Source of the DNA: an uncultured Planctomycetaceae bacterium
Lineage (GTDB): Bacteria > Planctomycetota > Planctomycetia > Isosphaerales > Isosphaeraceae
Length of the DNA stretch: 64,000 bases
Assembly: GCA_963833985.1 (NCBI GenBank)
Contig: CAWIAD010000002.1
Coordinates: 4,160,001 to 4,224,000 of the forward strand
Reading direction: 5' to 3'
This document shows, piece after piece, positions 23,363 to 35,092 of the stretch. The notes beneath the pieces were generated by a model, which did not search any database, was not told the DNA's origin, and saw nothing but the letters and a program-made list of their open reading frames with translations. Position numbers and translations under genes: made by a program. Within the stretch, counting starts at the first letter, position 1, and each line of letters begins with the position of its first letter.

Positions 23363-23962
23363 TCATGTCTCCGCGGGCGTGATCCAGCGCGGGCTTTCAC
23401 CTTCATCGGGGGGAGCATAGGCCAGTAGCCTGGAGACGATCTCCTCGGCATCGCTGGAGGTGATGAGCGGATGCAAGCTTCCTCGGCGGATGAACTGCTC
23501 GCTCATTGCGTGGTCCAGAAGTGTGATCAGGGGGTCGAAATAATTCTCCACGTTCAGGACGCCGATCGGCTTTCGGTGAATGCCCAGGGTGCCCCAGCTG
23601 AGGATCTCGAAGAACTCCTCGAACGTGCCGATCCCGCCAGGGAGCGCGAGGAACGCCGTCGCCTTCGCCGCCATGAGCGCCTTGCGCTCGTGCATGCCGA
23701 CGACGACGTGCAGCTCGGTGAGGCCGTCGTGGGCTACCTCCCTGGTCGCCAGCCCGCGCGGGATCACGCCAATCGCCGTGCCCCCTGCTCCCAGCACCGC
23801 GTCGGCCAGCACTCCCATCAACCCGACCTTGCCGCCACCGTACACCAGCGCGATGTCCCGGCGCGCCAGGATCGTGCCGACCTGCCGCGCCACCCGATGA
23901 TAGACGGGCCGTGAGCCGCTGGAAGAGCCGCAGAAGACGCAGATGGCGGGACGATCGGACAT
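23363..23962 (-). CDS. LOG family nucleotide 5'-monophosphate nucleosidase (TIGR00730-like)
   Basis: CVFCGSS, YGGGKVGLMG, MHERK, PGGIGTFEE. Confidence 0.95.
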   Translation of the reverse strand: MSDRPAICVFCGSSSGSRPVYHRVARQVGTILARRDIALVYGGGKVGLMGVLADAVLGAGGTAIGVIPRGLATREVAHDGLTELHVVVGMHERKALMAAKATAFLALPGGIGTFEEFFEILSWGTLGIHRKPIGVLNVENYFDPLITLLDHAMSEQFIRRGSLHPLITSSDAEEIVSRLLAYAPPDEGESPRWITPAET

Positions 23963-24230
23963 CGATATCCAGTGGGTCGATGACGACGAGCAACCAGAGA
24001 CTCCTCAGCCCGGCGCGCGCCGGGGCCGATCACAACACCTGAGATTATCGCCGCGTCCGCCCTGGGCCAATAGCACCAGCCGCGTTTGCTCCGAACGGCC
24101 CTGGAGTCGCAACAGTTCCCTGCGTGTTTTGTGTGCCAGAGCGATAGGAGCTGCCAGGAAACGGCGGTATCATGGAGACCGAGGTTGCTGGCCGCGAGAT
24201 CGATCTGGATTGCGTCGAGGATGGCTTGCC

Positions 24231-25226
24231 ATGAAAGCTGCTTATATCGAGCAGACAGGTCCACCTGAGAACATCAAGGTGGGTGAACTTCCCCGGCCCG
24301 CGCCCGGCCCGGGACAGGTGCTGGTCCGGGTACGGGCCGTCGCGCTCAACCCCATCGATCTTTACATCCGTTCGGGCATGGTGGCGTTTCCGCTGGCCTT
24401 CCCCTACGTGATCGCCTGCGACCTTGCCGGGACGGTGGAGGAAGTGGGCGCGGGGAGCAAGAAGTTTCAGGTGGGCGACCGCGTCTGGGGATCGAACCAG
24501 GGACTGCTGGGACGTCAGGGCGCGGCCGCCGAGTTTGCTGCCGTCGACGAGCACTGGCTCTATCCCACTCCGGCCTTGCTGCCGGACGAGCAGGCCGCGG
24601 CCATGGCCCTGGTGGGCATCACCGCGCACCTGGGGCTGTTCCGGTACGGCCGCCTCGAGAAGGGCGAGACGGCGTATGTTCCCGGAGGCAGTGGCGGGGT
24701 CGGCTCGATGGTCGTGCAGATGGCGAAGGCGGCCGGTGCGCGAATCGCCACCTCGGCGGGAGGCCCCGAACATGTCGAGCTGTGCCAGAGCCTCGGCGCC
24801 GACCTGGCTCTCGATTACAAGACCGAGGACCTGCCCGCACGCCTCCGCGAGTTCGCCCCGGAAGGTTTCGACGTGTGGTACGAGACCCAGCGCGAGCCGA
24901 ACCTTGAGGTCTCCGTTCCGCTGCTGCGGAAGCGCGGCCGGATGCTGCTGATGGCCGGACGCACGGCCAGGCCGGCGCTCCCCCTGGGAGCCTTCTACCC
25001 CAGGAACTGCGCACTCATGGGCTTCGCCATGTTCAACGCCACGCCCGAGGAACAGGAGCCCTGCGCGCGCGACATCATTCGCTGGATCGAGGAAGGGCAG
25101 CTCAAGCCGCTCGTCGGCCGCACCTTCCCGCTCGCCGCGGCCGTCGAGGCGGAGAAGTTCCTGGAAGCCAGCACGGCGGGCGGCTCCGGAGCGCTCACGG
25201 GAAAGGTCGTCATCACCATCGAGTGA
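24231..25226 (+). CDS. NADPH:quinone reductase (MDR family)
   Basis: ALNPID, DLAG.VEEVG, GGSGGVG, terminal GKVVI. Confidence 0.9.
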   Translation: MKAAYIEQTGPPENIKVGELPRPAPGPGQVLVRVRAVALNPIDLYIRSGMVAFPLAFPYVIACDLAGTVEEVGAGSKKFQVGDRVWGSNQGLLGRQGAAAEFAAVDEHWLYPTPALLPDEQAAAMALVGITAHLGLFRYGRLEKGETAYVPGGSGGVGSMVVQMAKAAGARIATSAGGPEHVELCQSLGADLALDYKTEDLPARLREFAPEGFDVWYETQREPNLEVSVPLLRKRGRMLLMAGRTARPALPLGAFYPRNCALMGFAMFNATPEEQEPCARDIIRWIEEGQLKPLVGRTFPLAAAVEAEKFLEASTAGGSGALTGKVVITIE

Positions 25227-25236
25227 GGGCACGCTC

Positions 25237-26187
25237 ATGAACCTGCTGTCCACCATCGCCGGCTCGCTGATGGAGGGTTTCTTGCCGGCCGGCTGGAACC
25301 TGGAGCGGATCGACGCCTGCTGCTCGTGCGACCCGGCGACGATCGGCGACCGCCAGTCCTGGTGGCACCCCGACTTCGAGCTGATCCCCTGCCAGTGCGG
25401 CAGCGACTTCGACGTGATGATGGGCCACGAGATTGCCACCGCCATCCGCCGTACCCGCGACCATGGCCGCGCCGCCGCCCTGATCCTGCCCGTTGGGCCC
25501 ATGGGCATGTACCGATGGGCGGTCTACTTCCTGAAGGAGTGGCACGTCCCCTGCGATCATGTTCACGGCTTCAACATGGACGAATGGAGCGACAGGACCG
25601 GCGCCACGCTGCCGCCGGAGAACCCCGGTGCCTTCCAGTACGCCATGGAGCGGGCGTTCTACGGGCCGCTCGGCTCGCGCACCGTTCCCCCGCGCAGGCG
25701 CTGGTTCGCCACCGCCGATCGACTGCCCCACTACCCGGAGCGGATCGGTGAACTGAAAAGCAAGGGGGCCGAGCTGATCGTCATCTTCGGCATCGGCCGG
25801 GTGTGCCACATCGCCTTCTGGGAGCCCCATTTCGCGGCCGAGTTCCCCTCGCTGGAGGAATGGAAAACCCAGTCGCACCGCATCGGGGCGCGGCTGCATC
25901 CGCTCACGATCGAGCAGAACGCGCTGACAAGTTTCCGAAGTCGCACCACGCTGGTTCCCGCATTCGCCAACACGATCGGGCCGGGGCTGTTCCTCGAGGC
26001 GGACCGGATCATCGGCGGCGCCGACGGGGTGTTCGACCGCGGCATGCAATGGCAAGGCGCCAGCCTGTGGATGACGCTGCGCTACGGACCGGACCCGTGG
26101 GTGCCCAGCGCCTTCATGCCCACGCTGGCCGGCCGGCTGTTCTACCACGTGGATCTCGCCGGACCACTGGTGCCGGACCTGAATTGA
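25237..26187 (+). CDS. Glucosamine-6-phosphate deaminase/isomerase-like (NagB fold) protein
   Basis: [28 protein letters not shown]. Confidence 0.75.
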   Translation: MNLLSTIAGSLMEGFLPAGWNLERIDACCSCDPATIGDRQSWWHPDFELIPCQCGSDFDVMMGHEIATAIRRTRDHGRAAALILPVGPMGMYRWAVYFLKEWHVPCDHVHGFNMDEWSDRTGATLPPENPGAFQYAMERAFYGPLGSRTVPPRRRWFATADRLPHYPERIGELKSKGAELIVIFGIGRVCHIAFWEPHFAAEFPSLEEWKTQSHRIGARLHPLTIEQNALTSFRSRTTLVPAFANTIGPGLFLEADRIIGGADGVFDRGMQWQGASLWMTLRYGPDPWVPSAFMPTLAGRLFYHVDLAGPLVPDLN

Positions 26188-26308
26188 GGGAACGGCCCGC
26201 CTCGCCAGAAATCGCTCCATGCCACGCCCCACCGCCCGGATCGCCCTGGTGGGCGAGGCCACCGCAACTTCCGCCGGGGCGACTCGATTCGAGGCAGCAC
26301 GCGAAACC

Positions 26309-26378
26309 GTGACCACGTCCGTCAGGGCGTGGTTCGGACGGCGCAGCCCCCAACCTCGGGCGTCTGCCCGACCAGCAC
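26309..26378 (+). repeat. Dispersed, diverged copy of the RAYT-flanking 68-bp double-hairpin repeat
   Basis: GACCACGTCC-GTCA-GGGCGTGG...GGCGCAGCCCCCAACCTCGGGC-GTCT-GCCCGACCAGCAC. Confidence 0.8.
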
Positions 26379-26611
26379 CACCCAGGCACCGTGACCGCTC
26401 TGTGCTGGTTGGGGAGGCGGCCGACCCCGCTACCGGGTGCGACCGCCCGCGCCGATCCTGGCCAGCCGTTGGCCTTTCCCTGGAGCCTGGACGTCTTTAG
26501 AATCAATTCGCTCACGCGGGCGCGGTTGCAGCGCGTGGTTCCGCCAGAGGATCGATTCTGGCTCCATGTGATGATCGGCCGCGGTGATCTTACTGTCTGG
26601 AGGACTGCGCG

Positions 26612-27347
26612 ATGCTCGCGAATCGGCCGCGATGGCACTTCTTCCCCGCTCTCTTCGCACTGGCCGTGAGCTTGCCGCTCTGCTCAGCCCCTGCGCTGGC
26701 CATGGACTTTGGCATGGGTGTCATTGGCGGCTTCAATTACGTGCCGTCGCCCGGGGACTTCATCAACCAGCATTCCCTGCTGAACGCCGGGCGCGCGCGG
26801 GCCGGTCTCCAACAATGTTTACGCCAACAACCCGAACGCCTTCGTGAACCGGGTGCGCGACAATGGCTTCGTGCCCCACGCCGGCATTGTCGACCGCCGC
26901 TCGCCCGGATACCAGGCCAGCCGCTGGCAACCTGACGGCAATGTAAGCCTGGCCAGCAACACACGGCCGCAGCCGGCGCCTCCGCCGAGCAGCACCGAGA
27001 CAACCGGGGGTTCCACACCTCGACGGCCCGTGGTGCCGATCAACCGTTTCTTCGGCCCGGCGCGGGTGCTCATCTGGCCGAGCGATGCACCCGTTGAGGG
27101 CGACCTGATCACCAGGCGGAACACGTCGGATCAAGCGTGTCTGGCCGTGGCTGACCTGGTCGAGAAATACCGCTCGGCCCCCATCACCACGATCACCTAC
27201 GCGCGGCAAAGACTGCTGGAATACGGTCAGCCCGCACTCAAGGTCATTCGTAGCCAGACCACGCCGCTGGTCGCGGAGGGCTTCCACCAGTTCTTGCTCT
27301 CGCTCTACGATTCGCTCGAGGCCGCGGCCAACCCGACCGGCCTGTGA
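26612..27347 (+). CDS. Secreted hypothetical protein, frameshift near 26805
   Basis: Signal peptide, FNYVPSPGDFINQHSL, then SNNVYANNPNAFVNRVRDNG in the next frame, continuing into ORF 26844..27347. Confidence 0.7.
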
Positions 27348-27400
27348 TGGCCTGTCACTGTCTCTCCGGCGTCTTCGGAATGGAACCGCCATGCCGCCGG

Positions 27401-28477
27401 TCAGCGCGCGAGCTGCTGCTTGAGGACGGGCTCGAGGTTGCGCGGGGAGAGGTCGATCTGGACCACGTTGCCGTCGCGGCCGACAAGCACGTTGGCCGGG
27501 ATGTCCGAGATGCCATAGGCGCCGGCGATGTCCTTCTCGCCGCTGCCGCTCAGCACGATGGGCCAGGTGATGTTGTAATCGAGCAGGAAGCGGCGGATGC
27601 CGGGAAGCACCGTTTCGAGTTTCTGCCCGCCTCCCTGGTGGGCGTCCACGTTCACGCCCACCACCCGCAGCCCATGGTTCTGGTACGCGTCCTGCACCTG
27701 TTCCAGCCATGAGGTCTGAGCCGCCGAGGGGATGCTCCAGCTTGCCCAGAAGACGATCAGGACAAGATGCCCTTTCTGATCGGCAAGGTGGAACGGCTTG
27801 CTGTCAAGGTCGGTTGCCTGGATGGCCGGCGCCGGCTTGCCGACCAGCTCGATCCGCTTCAGACGGCTGGCGAGGAAGTCCTTGACGGAGGGGTCGAAGG
27901 GCTGATCGAGCACGAGACGAAACGCCTCACGCGCGATGGCGAACTGGTTTGCTTCAACAAGGCGCTGGTAATACGCCTCGCAGATACCGATGACTTCACC
28001 GGGCGCCAGCGCGGCTCGCGCCACGGTGGCCTTCTTCTCCTGGGTACTCTCGGCCACCGCCGCGCGGAGGCTCCGGAGCGATTGCTCGAAGGCGCCGCGG
28101 TCACACTCGGCAATGATCTTGACCAGGTGAGCCAGTGCGCTCGTGGTGGGCGATGGGGTCCCCTGCGCGATGACCGCATCGGCCGCGGGCTCGACGTCGC
28201 GGAACAGGTCGCCGACTATGGCCAGCCGGAAAAGCCGTTCGTAAGTCGCCGCGGCCTGCGGAGGCGGCTGGCCCTGGGCGAGCCGGGCGAGCTGCTCAAG
28301 ACGCTGCCGCTCCAGTTCCACGAGCTTCCGGTTATAATCTTCGTCGATCGAAACGGCCGACTGGTGGGAAGCCAGGCCTTGCTTTTGATCTTGCGCAACG
28401 GCTGCACCCGGATGGGCAAGGCTCATCAGGACCAAGAACGTGAAACCCGATGCGCAGGCATGATTCGCCCATCTCAT
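27401..28477 (-). CDS. TlpA/redoxin-fold secreted protein with SxxS in place of CxxC
   Basis: GKPAPAI...LIVFWASWSIPS...YGISDIPANVLVGRDG. Confidence 0.8.
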   Translation of the reverse strand: MRWANHACASGFTFLVLMSLAHPGAAVAQDQKQGLASHQSAVSIDEDYNRKLVELERQRLEQLARLAQGQPPPQAAATYERLFRLAIVGDLFRDVEPAADAVIAQGTPSPTTSALAHLVKIIAECDRGAFEQSLRSLRAAVAESTQEKKATVARAALAPGEVIGICEAYYQRLVEANQFAIAREAFRLVLDQPFDPSVKDFLASRLKRIELVGKPAPAIQATDLDSKPFHLADQKGHLVLIVFWASWSIPSAAQTSWLEQVQDAYQNHGLRVVGVNVDAHQGGGQKLETVLPGIRRFLLDYNITWPIVLSGSGEKDIAGAYGISDIPANVLVGRDGNVVQIDLSPRNLEPVLKQQLAR

Positions 28478-28523
28478 GATCGCTTCTTCTCGATTCTGCC
28501 TGAAGAGTTTACGAGCCGGATGT

Positions 28524-29647
28524 TCACGGATTGGCTTGCCGGGCGCGGCCGCGTGGCCTGGGGGCCTTCTTCTCGAGGTCCTTGTCACTCATCACGGAAA
28601 AGAAATCTTCGGGCTCATGGCCGTTGGTCTTGGGCGCCGCGGTGGTCGCCAGCGCCGGGGCGATCTCGTTGCGCAGCTGCACGAGCTTGGGGTAAAGCAT
28701 GTTATAAACCTGGCGTTGCTGAGGCGTGCCCGCCACGCCAAAGCGCAGGTTGAAGGCCGTCATGAAGTTAAGCAGCTCGCCCAGGGTCGCTTCCGGGCGC
28801 TTTTCGACGCCGGCGAGGATCACATCGAGCACGGGGTCTTGAGCATGGCCGTCAGTCCGTGCAGGCCCTTGAGGTACCGTTCCGCCTCCTGGCGAGCACG
28901 CTCGGTCCGGGGCAAGAGCGAGCCGAGCTGCTGCTCGGTCTCGTAGATCACCGCAAGCAGCTTGTCAACGGTGGCCGGGTCGGGCTCCCTGGCGTCGGCA
29001 ATCTGCTCGGTGATCTGCTGGTCCAGTTCCTTGAGGCTCTTGCGCTGGGTCTCGAACGCGGGTGCCATGAGTGCCTTCGGCAGCGGCCCGTTGCTCAGCT
29101 CGTGGATGCTGTAGGTGATGGCGGCGGAGGCGTAGCGGAAGGGAATGTGGCGGATGGCATCGCCGCCAATCTTCACCTTCGCCGCCTGCAATGCCTTCGC
29201 ATAGACCCGGGGATCGTCAATCTCATCCAGGGCCGCGTTCAGCGCGTCTCCGCGTTCGATGTCGCGCGGCTCGGGGTTATCGCGGAGCCGCTTCTGCCTC
29301 TCCTCGTTCAGCCTGGTGGTTCGCTCGCGGGCGCCGGCTTGCCTCTGGGCCCGCATGCGATTGGCATTCTGCTGCGCCTCATGCACATACTCGTTCCACC
29401 GCATCACCGTATCGGTGTCGATGGACCGGGCCTCGGCGGTCTGCCGCTCGTAGAAGCCCATCCCCTCGGCGTACAGGCCCATGCCGCGGGCGATGTCGCC
29501 TTCGGCGGTTCCCACGCCCCAACCTCCCCAGCAGAAGCCGCCGAAGCCGCCAGGAAAGCCCCACTGCGCCTCCGCGTTCTGGGCGTTGACCGCGAACAAG
29601 GTGCAGGCCAGGGCGCACGCCCACCGGAATCGCCGATTCATGATCAT
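28524..29647 (-). CDS. Secreted planctomycete-type hypothetical protein, frameshift near 28830
   Basis: Signal, Gly/Trp-rich AQWGFPGG, GDIARGMG, RWNEY, GDALNA; continues as LDVILAG...FNLRFG in ORF 28524..28832. Confidence 0.7.
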
Positions 29648-29823
29648 CCCCTGAGCGAGGAGTGGAACGGACTGATACCCACTTACGATGCAGCTTCGCG
29701 ACAGGTGCAGATTGTAGTGCAGCTGTGCGTAAGCTGGCAACGCTTTACTGGGTTGCCGTTCGACATGCCTTCGCCCGGCTCAGTGCGCGGGGACGGCGAC
29801 CCGGCTGCCACGCCGCGGTCCGG

Positions 29824-31737
29824 TCACCGCGCCGGCTTTCCTTTCTGGGCTTCCGCCTGTTTCTTGCGGAACCCTTCAACCTGATCCTCGAAGGTGTCGT
29901 CCAGGTCATCCTTCTCGCCGGGACGGGTCAGGTCCTGGCCTTTCTTCGTCACGGCGATGAAGCCAATGCACATCTCGTCGGTGGTTGCTTCGCCCCAGCC
30001 GATCTCCTTGGGCGGCATTTCCTTGAGCCTGCGCGGATTGCCGGGTGAGTTGTCGTAATGCGCGACGACCTTGACCTGCGAGCCTTTGGGCAGGTCGAGC
30101 GGTTTCTCGAAGTAATAGGTGTACTGCCAGTTGAAGTCCCAGTTGTCGATCTTGATCAGGTCTTGCGTGCGGCCGTCCGGGAAGGTGACGGTCATCAGCA
30201 TGTCCTTGCCCAGCAGGTGCATGTGCGGCACGACGGCGTGGGCGACCAGATCCACGGGGACCGGCCAGACGGCCTGGACCTCGGCGTTGGTTTCGCCGAA
30301 GGGCAGCTTGAATTCCGTGTTCAGCGCGGCGTTCCAGTGGAGTACCTGGCGAACGGGTTTCCGCGCGAACCGCAGACCGATGCGCGTGCGGTCGGTCTCT
30401 TCCTTGCCGGCGGGGTGGTAGTGCACCTGCACGATCACATCGGCATTCCTCGGCAAGAAGCGGCCGATGCCGTCCGGGAGCTGGGTGGGCTGGTTGCCCG
30501 GCGCCCAGCCGCCCAGGTCGCCGTGGATCTCGATTCCCGGTCCGGAGAAGCACGAGTAGCCAGGACCGGGCTCGGCCTCGTCGCGCTTGCGTCCCTGCCC
30601 GGCGGTGTCGATGTAGGACAGCACGTGATGAACCACGCGGCGGTTGCCCGGCTGGTACTCGATGCCCGAGACGTAAGCGTCGGCCGGCAGGCTCGTCCGC
30701 ACCACGAAGCAGCGGTAGATGTCTCCTCCGGACGCGGGCACCTGAAAGTCGGTCCCGATGTCGAGCACCAGATCGGGGCCGCCCTCCATGATCCAGTCCC
30801 TGGGGAAAGTGCGCGGAGGCGGGACCAACGAGCGGTCGCCCTCCGGTGCACCGGCCTCCGCCCAGGCAGCCAGCGTGGCGATGTCCGCAGCCGCCAGCGA
30901 GCGGTCGTGTTTGAACTTGACACCGATGTTCGGAGCGGCCTTCCACGGGGGCATCGTCCGATCCTCGACCACCGCGGCGAGGTCGTCGGCCCGCTTCCGC
31001 GCCTGGTCGTAGGTGTCCAGAGCGAACGGGCCTACCTGGCCCTTGTGATGGCATTCCTGGCAGTTCTTCTGGATGATCCGCACCACTTCGTTGCAGTAGG
31101 TGGGCGCGACCGAGGGCGTCTTGTACTTGGGGATCGGGCAGCCGACCGCCTCGACGTGGGCGCTCTTCACGGCCTTGCCCGCCAGCAAATCGGTGATCGC
31201 GTCCTTCAACTGGGTGCCCGCTGGATTGGCGTTGCGTACCCCGCGCCGCGCGAACTGGTCATCGATGCGCCCGTGGTAGCGCACCTGTCCCTGGTCATCG
31301 ATCACGAACGCCTCGGGAGTCATCGTGGCACCGATCTTCTGCGCAAACGCTCCATGGCGGTCGCGGACCACCGGGAACTTGAGGTCGAAGTCGCGAGCGT
31401 GGGCCCGTACGTCCGCATCACTCAGGTCGGGATCGACGCAGACGCCCACAAACTTCACCCGCTGGGCCGGGAATGTCGAGACCATTGATGCCAGCGTGGG
31501 GCTGTACGCGTTGGAGATGGGGCATTCGGACGAGTAGAAAACCAGGACGGTCAGCCCGCCCGCGGGGGCAGCCAGGTCAACGTGGCGGCCGTCAGGCCCG
31601 CGCAACGTCCCCGGTGAGGACGGGGCGTCGCCCGTCGCGCCGCAGACCGTTCTTCCCGGCCAGCAGGCCAGCATTGCCACCAGACAGAGAAGGACCGTCC
31701 TCGCGATCGATTGACGCGTCAGGGATAAGCTGGCCAC
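29824..31737 (-). CDS. Redoxin + c-type heme + copper type II monooxygenase-like fusion protein
   Basis: AhpC/TSA fold (ECPIS, TPEAFV..YHGRIDD, GCPI), CQECH, MPPW, VHHV, HYH, PHMH, DEMC. Confidence 0.85.
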   Translation of the reverse strand: MASLSLTRQSIARTVLLCLVAMLACWPGRTVCGATGDAPSSPGTLRGPDGRHVDLAAPAGGLTVLVFYSSECPISNAYSPTLASMVSTFPAQRVKFVGVCVDPDLSDADVRAHARDFDLKFPVVRDRHGAFAQKIGATMTPEAFVIDDQGQVRYHGRIDDQFARRGVRNANPAGTQLKDAITDLLAGKAVKSAHVEAVGCPIPKYKTPSVAPTYCNEVVRIIQKNCQECHHKGQVGPFALDTYDQARKRADDLAAVVEDRTMPPWKAAPNIGVKFKHDRSLAAADIATLAAWAEAGAPEGDRSLVPPPRTFPRDWIMEGGPDLVLDIGTDFQVPASGGDIYRCFVVRTSLPADAYVSGIEYQPGNRRVVHHVLSYIDTAGQGRKRDEAEPGPGYSCFSGPGIEIHGDLGGWAPGNQPTQLPDGIGRFLPRNADVIVQVHYHPAGKEETDRTRIGLRFARKPVRQVLHWNAALNTEFKLPFGETNAEVQAVWPVPVDLVAHAVVPHMHLLGKDMLMTVTFPDGRTQDLIKIDNWDFNWQYTYYFEKPLDLPKGSQVKVVAHYDNSPGNPRRLKEMPPKEIGWGEATTDEMCIGFIAVTKKGQDLTRPGEKDDLDDTFEDQVEGFRKKQAEAQKGKPAR

Positions 31738-32013
31738 GCGAAAACTCCAGAATCATTTCGGGCGGATCAGAAAGCTCCCTCGCTTTCACACTATTCTTTT
31801 TGGCCTCGGATTGGCAAGCTTGAAGCATTGCGTTGCGATCGCCCCGCCCGGTCCAGGGCCGCGGGCCGACCCTAATTTGACCGCTCGCGCGCCGATTGAC
31901 CCTGCGCCGGCCTGGTCTTTACTGGATAGGGATAGCCTGCTGCTGCACGGTTGCCACCGGGTCATGGCAGGAGACGACCGGAGCACGGCCCGGCGCCCTG
32001 CACCGAGGTAACG

Positions 32014-32624
32014 ATGAATCTACCAAGATACACGGCCGATGACCTGAAGAAACTTCCCCTGCGTGCCATCGTGGCACTGGCGGTGCGCGTGCGCGGAGGG
32101 TCGAGCGGCTGGCCTTGCTTCCGGAGGATCGGGCCGGCGCCAGCGAGCTGAAAGCGGCCGTGAGCCGTGCCCTGGAGATGGCCGAGCGATTTGCGCATGG
32201 CCAGCCCTGTTCGTCCTGCGAGAGCGAGATCCGCCAGCTCGAGCCGTTCCGGGATCACGCTCATGGAGACCCCGCGCGGCAGGACGCTATCGCCGCCATC
32301 ATCCAGGCGGTGCAGGCCGCTGACACCGCTCAGAACGCCATGAACATCCGGGCCGAGCCGGCGGAGCGGCACCTGCTGGGTCCTGCCCCGGAAGCCGGCC
32401 CGCTCGCTGATCTGGACCGGGTCGCGGCCGACGTGGCCACGCTGTGCGGCTTCACTGCCGCGGTCGACGCGGCCGACGCTCTCGGCTATTCCGACGCGTT
32501 CATTCACCAGTCCGTGGCCGACTACGAGAAGGTCCTCAGCATGAAGCTGGGACAATACCCCGATGCCGGCGAGCCGATCGATCCCTCGGCCGACGGACCT
32601 CTCGGGCCGACGGGTGCCGAATAG
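32014..32624 (+). CDS. Hypothetical protein, frameshift near 32090
   Basis: LKKLPLRAIVALAVR then ARRVERLALLPED... into ORF 32115..32624, ending PIDPSADGPLGP. Confidence 0.65.
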
Positions 32625-32644
32625 ACGGTGGATCATGCCGATTC

Positions 32645-33508
32645 TCAACCGGGCGCCGCGGCGCTGCCTCCCTGATGGATGGCCCTGCGGATCTCCAGGC
32701 AGGTTCGCAGCAGCCGCTCCAGGTCATCGAGGCGGAGCGAGTTCGGTCCGTCCGAGAGCGCACGGTCCGGGTCGGGGTGAACCTCCAGGAAGAGGGCATC
32801 GCAGCCGGCCGCCACCGCCGCGCGGGCCAGGACAGGGATCATGTCGCGCTGGCCCGAGGTCGTGGTGCCTCCGCTGCCGGCGCCGGGAAGCTGAACGGAA
32901 TGGGTCGCGTCAAACACCACCGGGGCCCCCGTCTCTTGCATCTGCGGGATCGCACGGAAGTCGTTGACCAGCCGGCCGTATCCGAAGGTCGTTCCCCGCT
33001 CGGTCAAGATCGCCCCGGATGCGCCGAACGCTCGCAGCTTGGAGACGACGTTCGCCATGTCCCAGGGGGCCATGAATTGTCCCTTCTTCACGTTCACGGG
33101 CCGGCCGGTTGCGGCCGCCGCCTCCAGAAGATCGGTCTGCCGTGCCAGAAATGCGGGAACCTGGAGCAGGTCCACCACTTCCGCCATGCGAGCCGGCTGC
33201 TGCGTCTCGTGCACGTCGGTGGTCACCGGCAGCCCGGTCTCGCTCTTGACCCTGGCGAGCACGTGCATGCCCGCGGACAGGCCGGGCCCGCGGTAGCTGG
33301 AGACCGACGTGCGGTTCGCCTTGTCGTAGGACGCCTTGAAGACCAGAGGAATTCCCAGGGGCTGGCAGATCTCGACCAGCCGGACCGCGATGCGCAGGGT
33401 CATGTCGCCCGGTTCGATCACGCACGGGCCGGCAATCAGGGCCAGGGGTTGCCCCTTGCCGATCCTGGCTGGGCCGACAGTCACGGGATTGGTCACTTCA
33501 TCAACCAC
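32645..33508 (-). CDS. kdsA: KDO-8-phosphate synthase
   Basis: [64 protein letters not shown]. Confidence 0.97.
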   Translation of the reverse strand: MVDEVTNPVTVGPARIGKGQPLALIAGPCVIEPGDMTLRIAVRLVEICQPLGIPLVFKASYDKANRTSVSSYRGPGLSAGMHVLARVKSETGLPVTTDVHETQQPARMAEVVDLLQVPAFLARQTDLLEAAAATGRPVNVKKGQFMAPWDMANVVSKLRAFGASGAILTERGTTFGYGRLVNDFRAIPQMQETGAPVVFDATHSVQLPGAGSGGTTTSGQRDMIPVLARAAVAAGCDALFLEVHPDPDRALSDGPNSLRLDDLERLLRTCLEIRRAIHQGGSAAAPG

Positions 33509-33687
33509 GTCCGGTCTCCTTCCCGCGGGATGAATTCTCCGGCCCGGACCCTCGATACGTGTTCCGGTCCGTCCACACCGCCCACCTCGGGCGAAGCAAT
33601 CCGCGGCAACGCGTTTGCGCCATGCGATTTGCGTCAGACGGATTGAAGGGCCACTGCGGAATTCCGCATGAACCTGGCGGGCGGATT

Positions 33688-34755
33688 CTAACGCAGCCAG
33701 GGCGATCTGACGAGCGGAACCCGCTGCCGCCTGGCGGCCTTCGGCGCGGGGACGAGAACGCGGATCGCACCCGGCACGACCTCGATGGTCCCGCCGTGTG
33801 CATCGACCGCGCACGGTGCGTGCTGGTTCCGGGACCGTGCGTGATCGGCCGGGGTACCATTCGGCGGCAGCAAGAAACCGCCCGGGTCGCCGTCCACCTG
33901 CACCGGAATGGACTCCGCCGAGGTCAGGGTGAGCTTCTGGAACCGGCGATGGAAGACGCCCGGATGCTCCAGGTGTGTGCCGCGGAAGACGCGCCACAGA
34001 TAGTAGAGCGCCTGGAAGGGGCCGGGATCGCGGAACACGACGAGATCCAGCAGCCCGTCGTTCTGATCGGCCTGCGGGGCGAAGGGAAGACCCAGGGCGT
34101 AGCGCGGGAGATTGAAGATGAAGACGGTGGTGCCGCTCAGGCATTCTTCCTTGCCGGCGTCCTCGATCGAGATATGGATGCGCGGAAAGCGGTAAAACAG
34201 GCTCGACCGCAGAATCGGTTCCACATAGGCGGCCCGATGGGTGGGTTTGATCTTGCCGGAGCGCGACGTCCTGCCGCGATGGTGCCGCGTGACGACGTCG
34301 CCGTCGAAGCCGAACCCGGTCATCAGCAGGAATCGACGGCCGCCCGCGATTCCCAGGTCGGTCTGCTGAAGATGTCCGGCGGCGATGTCCCGGACGAGCG
34401 ACGCCGTGTTGCGGCGGAGCCCGAAATGCTGGGCCGCAAGATTCTCCGTGCCGGCGGGCAGCACGGTGATCGGTACGCCTGGCTTTTCGTTGATGAGGGC
34501 GGAGACGGTCCCGTCGCCCCCCACGGCCACCAGGCAGCGGCACCCTGGGCGCGACGCGGATTCGGCCACAAGCGATCGCCGCTCCGCCGGCGTCCAGGCA
34601 ACCTCGCTGGCGAAGCCGAGCCGGGCCAGCTTGCCGACCAGGCGCCGGACCAGGAGAGCATTTCTCCCGGTTCCCGAGCTGCGGTTGACGACAATCCCCA
34701 CCCACGATCCTCCCTCGGCGGAGGTGCGGGCGGCGGGATGTTCGGTCAGCTCCAT
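33688..34755 (-). CDS. Diacylglycerol kinase family lipid kinase
   Basis: VNRSSG, GGDGT, PAGTEN, GFGFDG, DGLLD, QVDGD. Confidence 0.88.
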   Translation of the reverse strand: MELTEHPAARTSAEGGSWVGIVVNRSSGTGRNALLVRRLVGKLARLGFASEVAWTPAERRSLVAESASRPGCRCLVAVGGDGTVSALINEKPGVPITVLPAGTENLAAQHFGLRRNTASLVRDIAAGHLQQTDLGIAGGRRFLLMTGFGFDGDVVTRHHRGRTSRSGKIKPTHRAAYVEPILRSSLFYRFPRIHISIEDAGKEECLSGTTVFIFNLPRYALGLPFAPQADQNDGLLDLVVFRDPGPFQALYYLWRVFRGTHLEHPGVFHRRFQKLTLTSAESIPVQVDGDPGGFLLPPNGTPADHARSRNQHAPCAVDAHGGTIEVVPGAIRVLVPAPKAARRQRVPLVRSPWLR

Positions 34756-35092
34756 TCCGTGGCTCAAGGTCGCTCGGCCGTTCCCGGCACCCACCACGCT
34801 GTCAACTGATCCCTGTGAGCTCATGCGTCGCCCTGATCTCCGCCATCCCATGACCCGGGTGCCGTTTTTGTTAAGATTCCGGGTGGGTTCCAATAACTCA
34901 TCGAGAATAATGCATGGTAGTAAAAAAGGGAAACGGGGTCAACCCAGTGGGGAAGATTGGTGCGCCGGGCTGATCGTTGTGCGCCGGGCTTGCACGGCCA
35001 TGCCGGGGGTGACGCCTCAATACGAACGCGAGCCGGAGACACCCCTGTGGAGTGTTCCGGCTCTCGGGTGCAGTCGGCAGGGCCGTCCGGGA

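Noticed and set aside
33509..34705. Long N-terminal extension of KdsA (686-aa ORF)
   Set aside because: Overlaps the DAGK gene in another frame; a good AGGAG RBS precedes the GTG at 33508.
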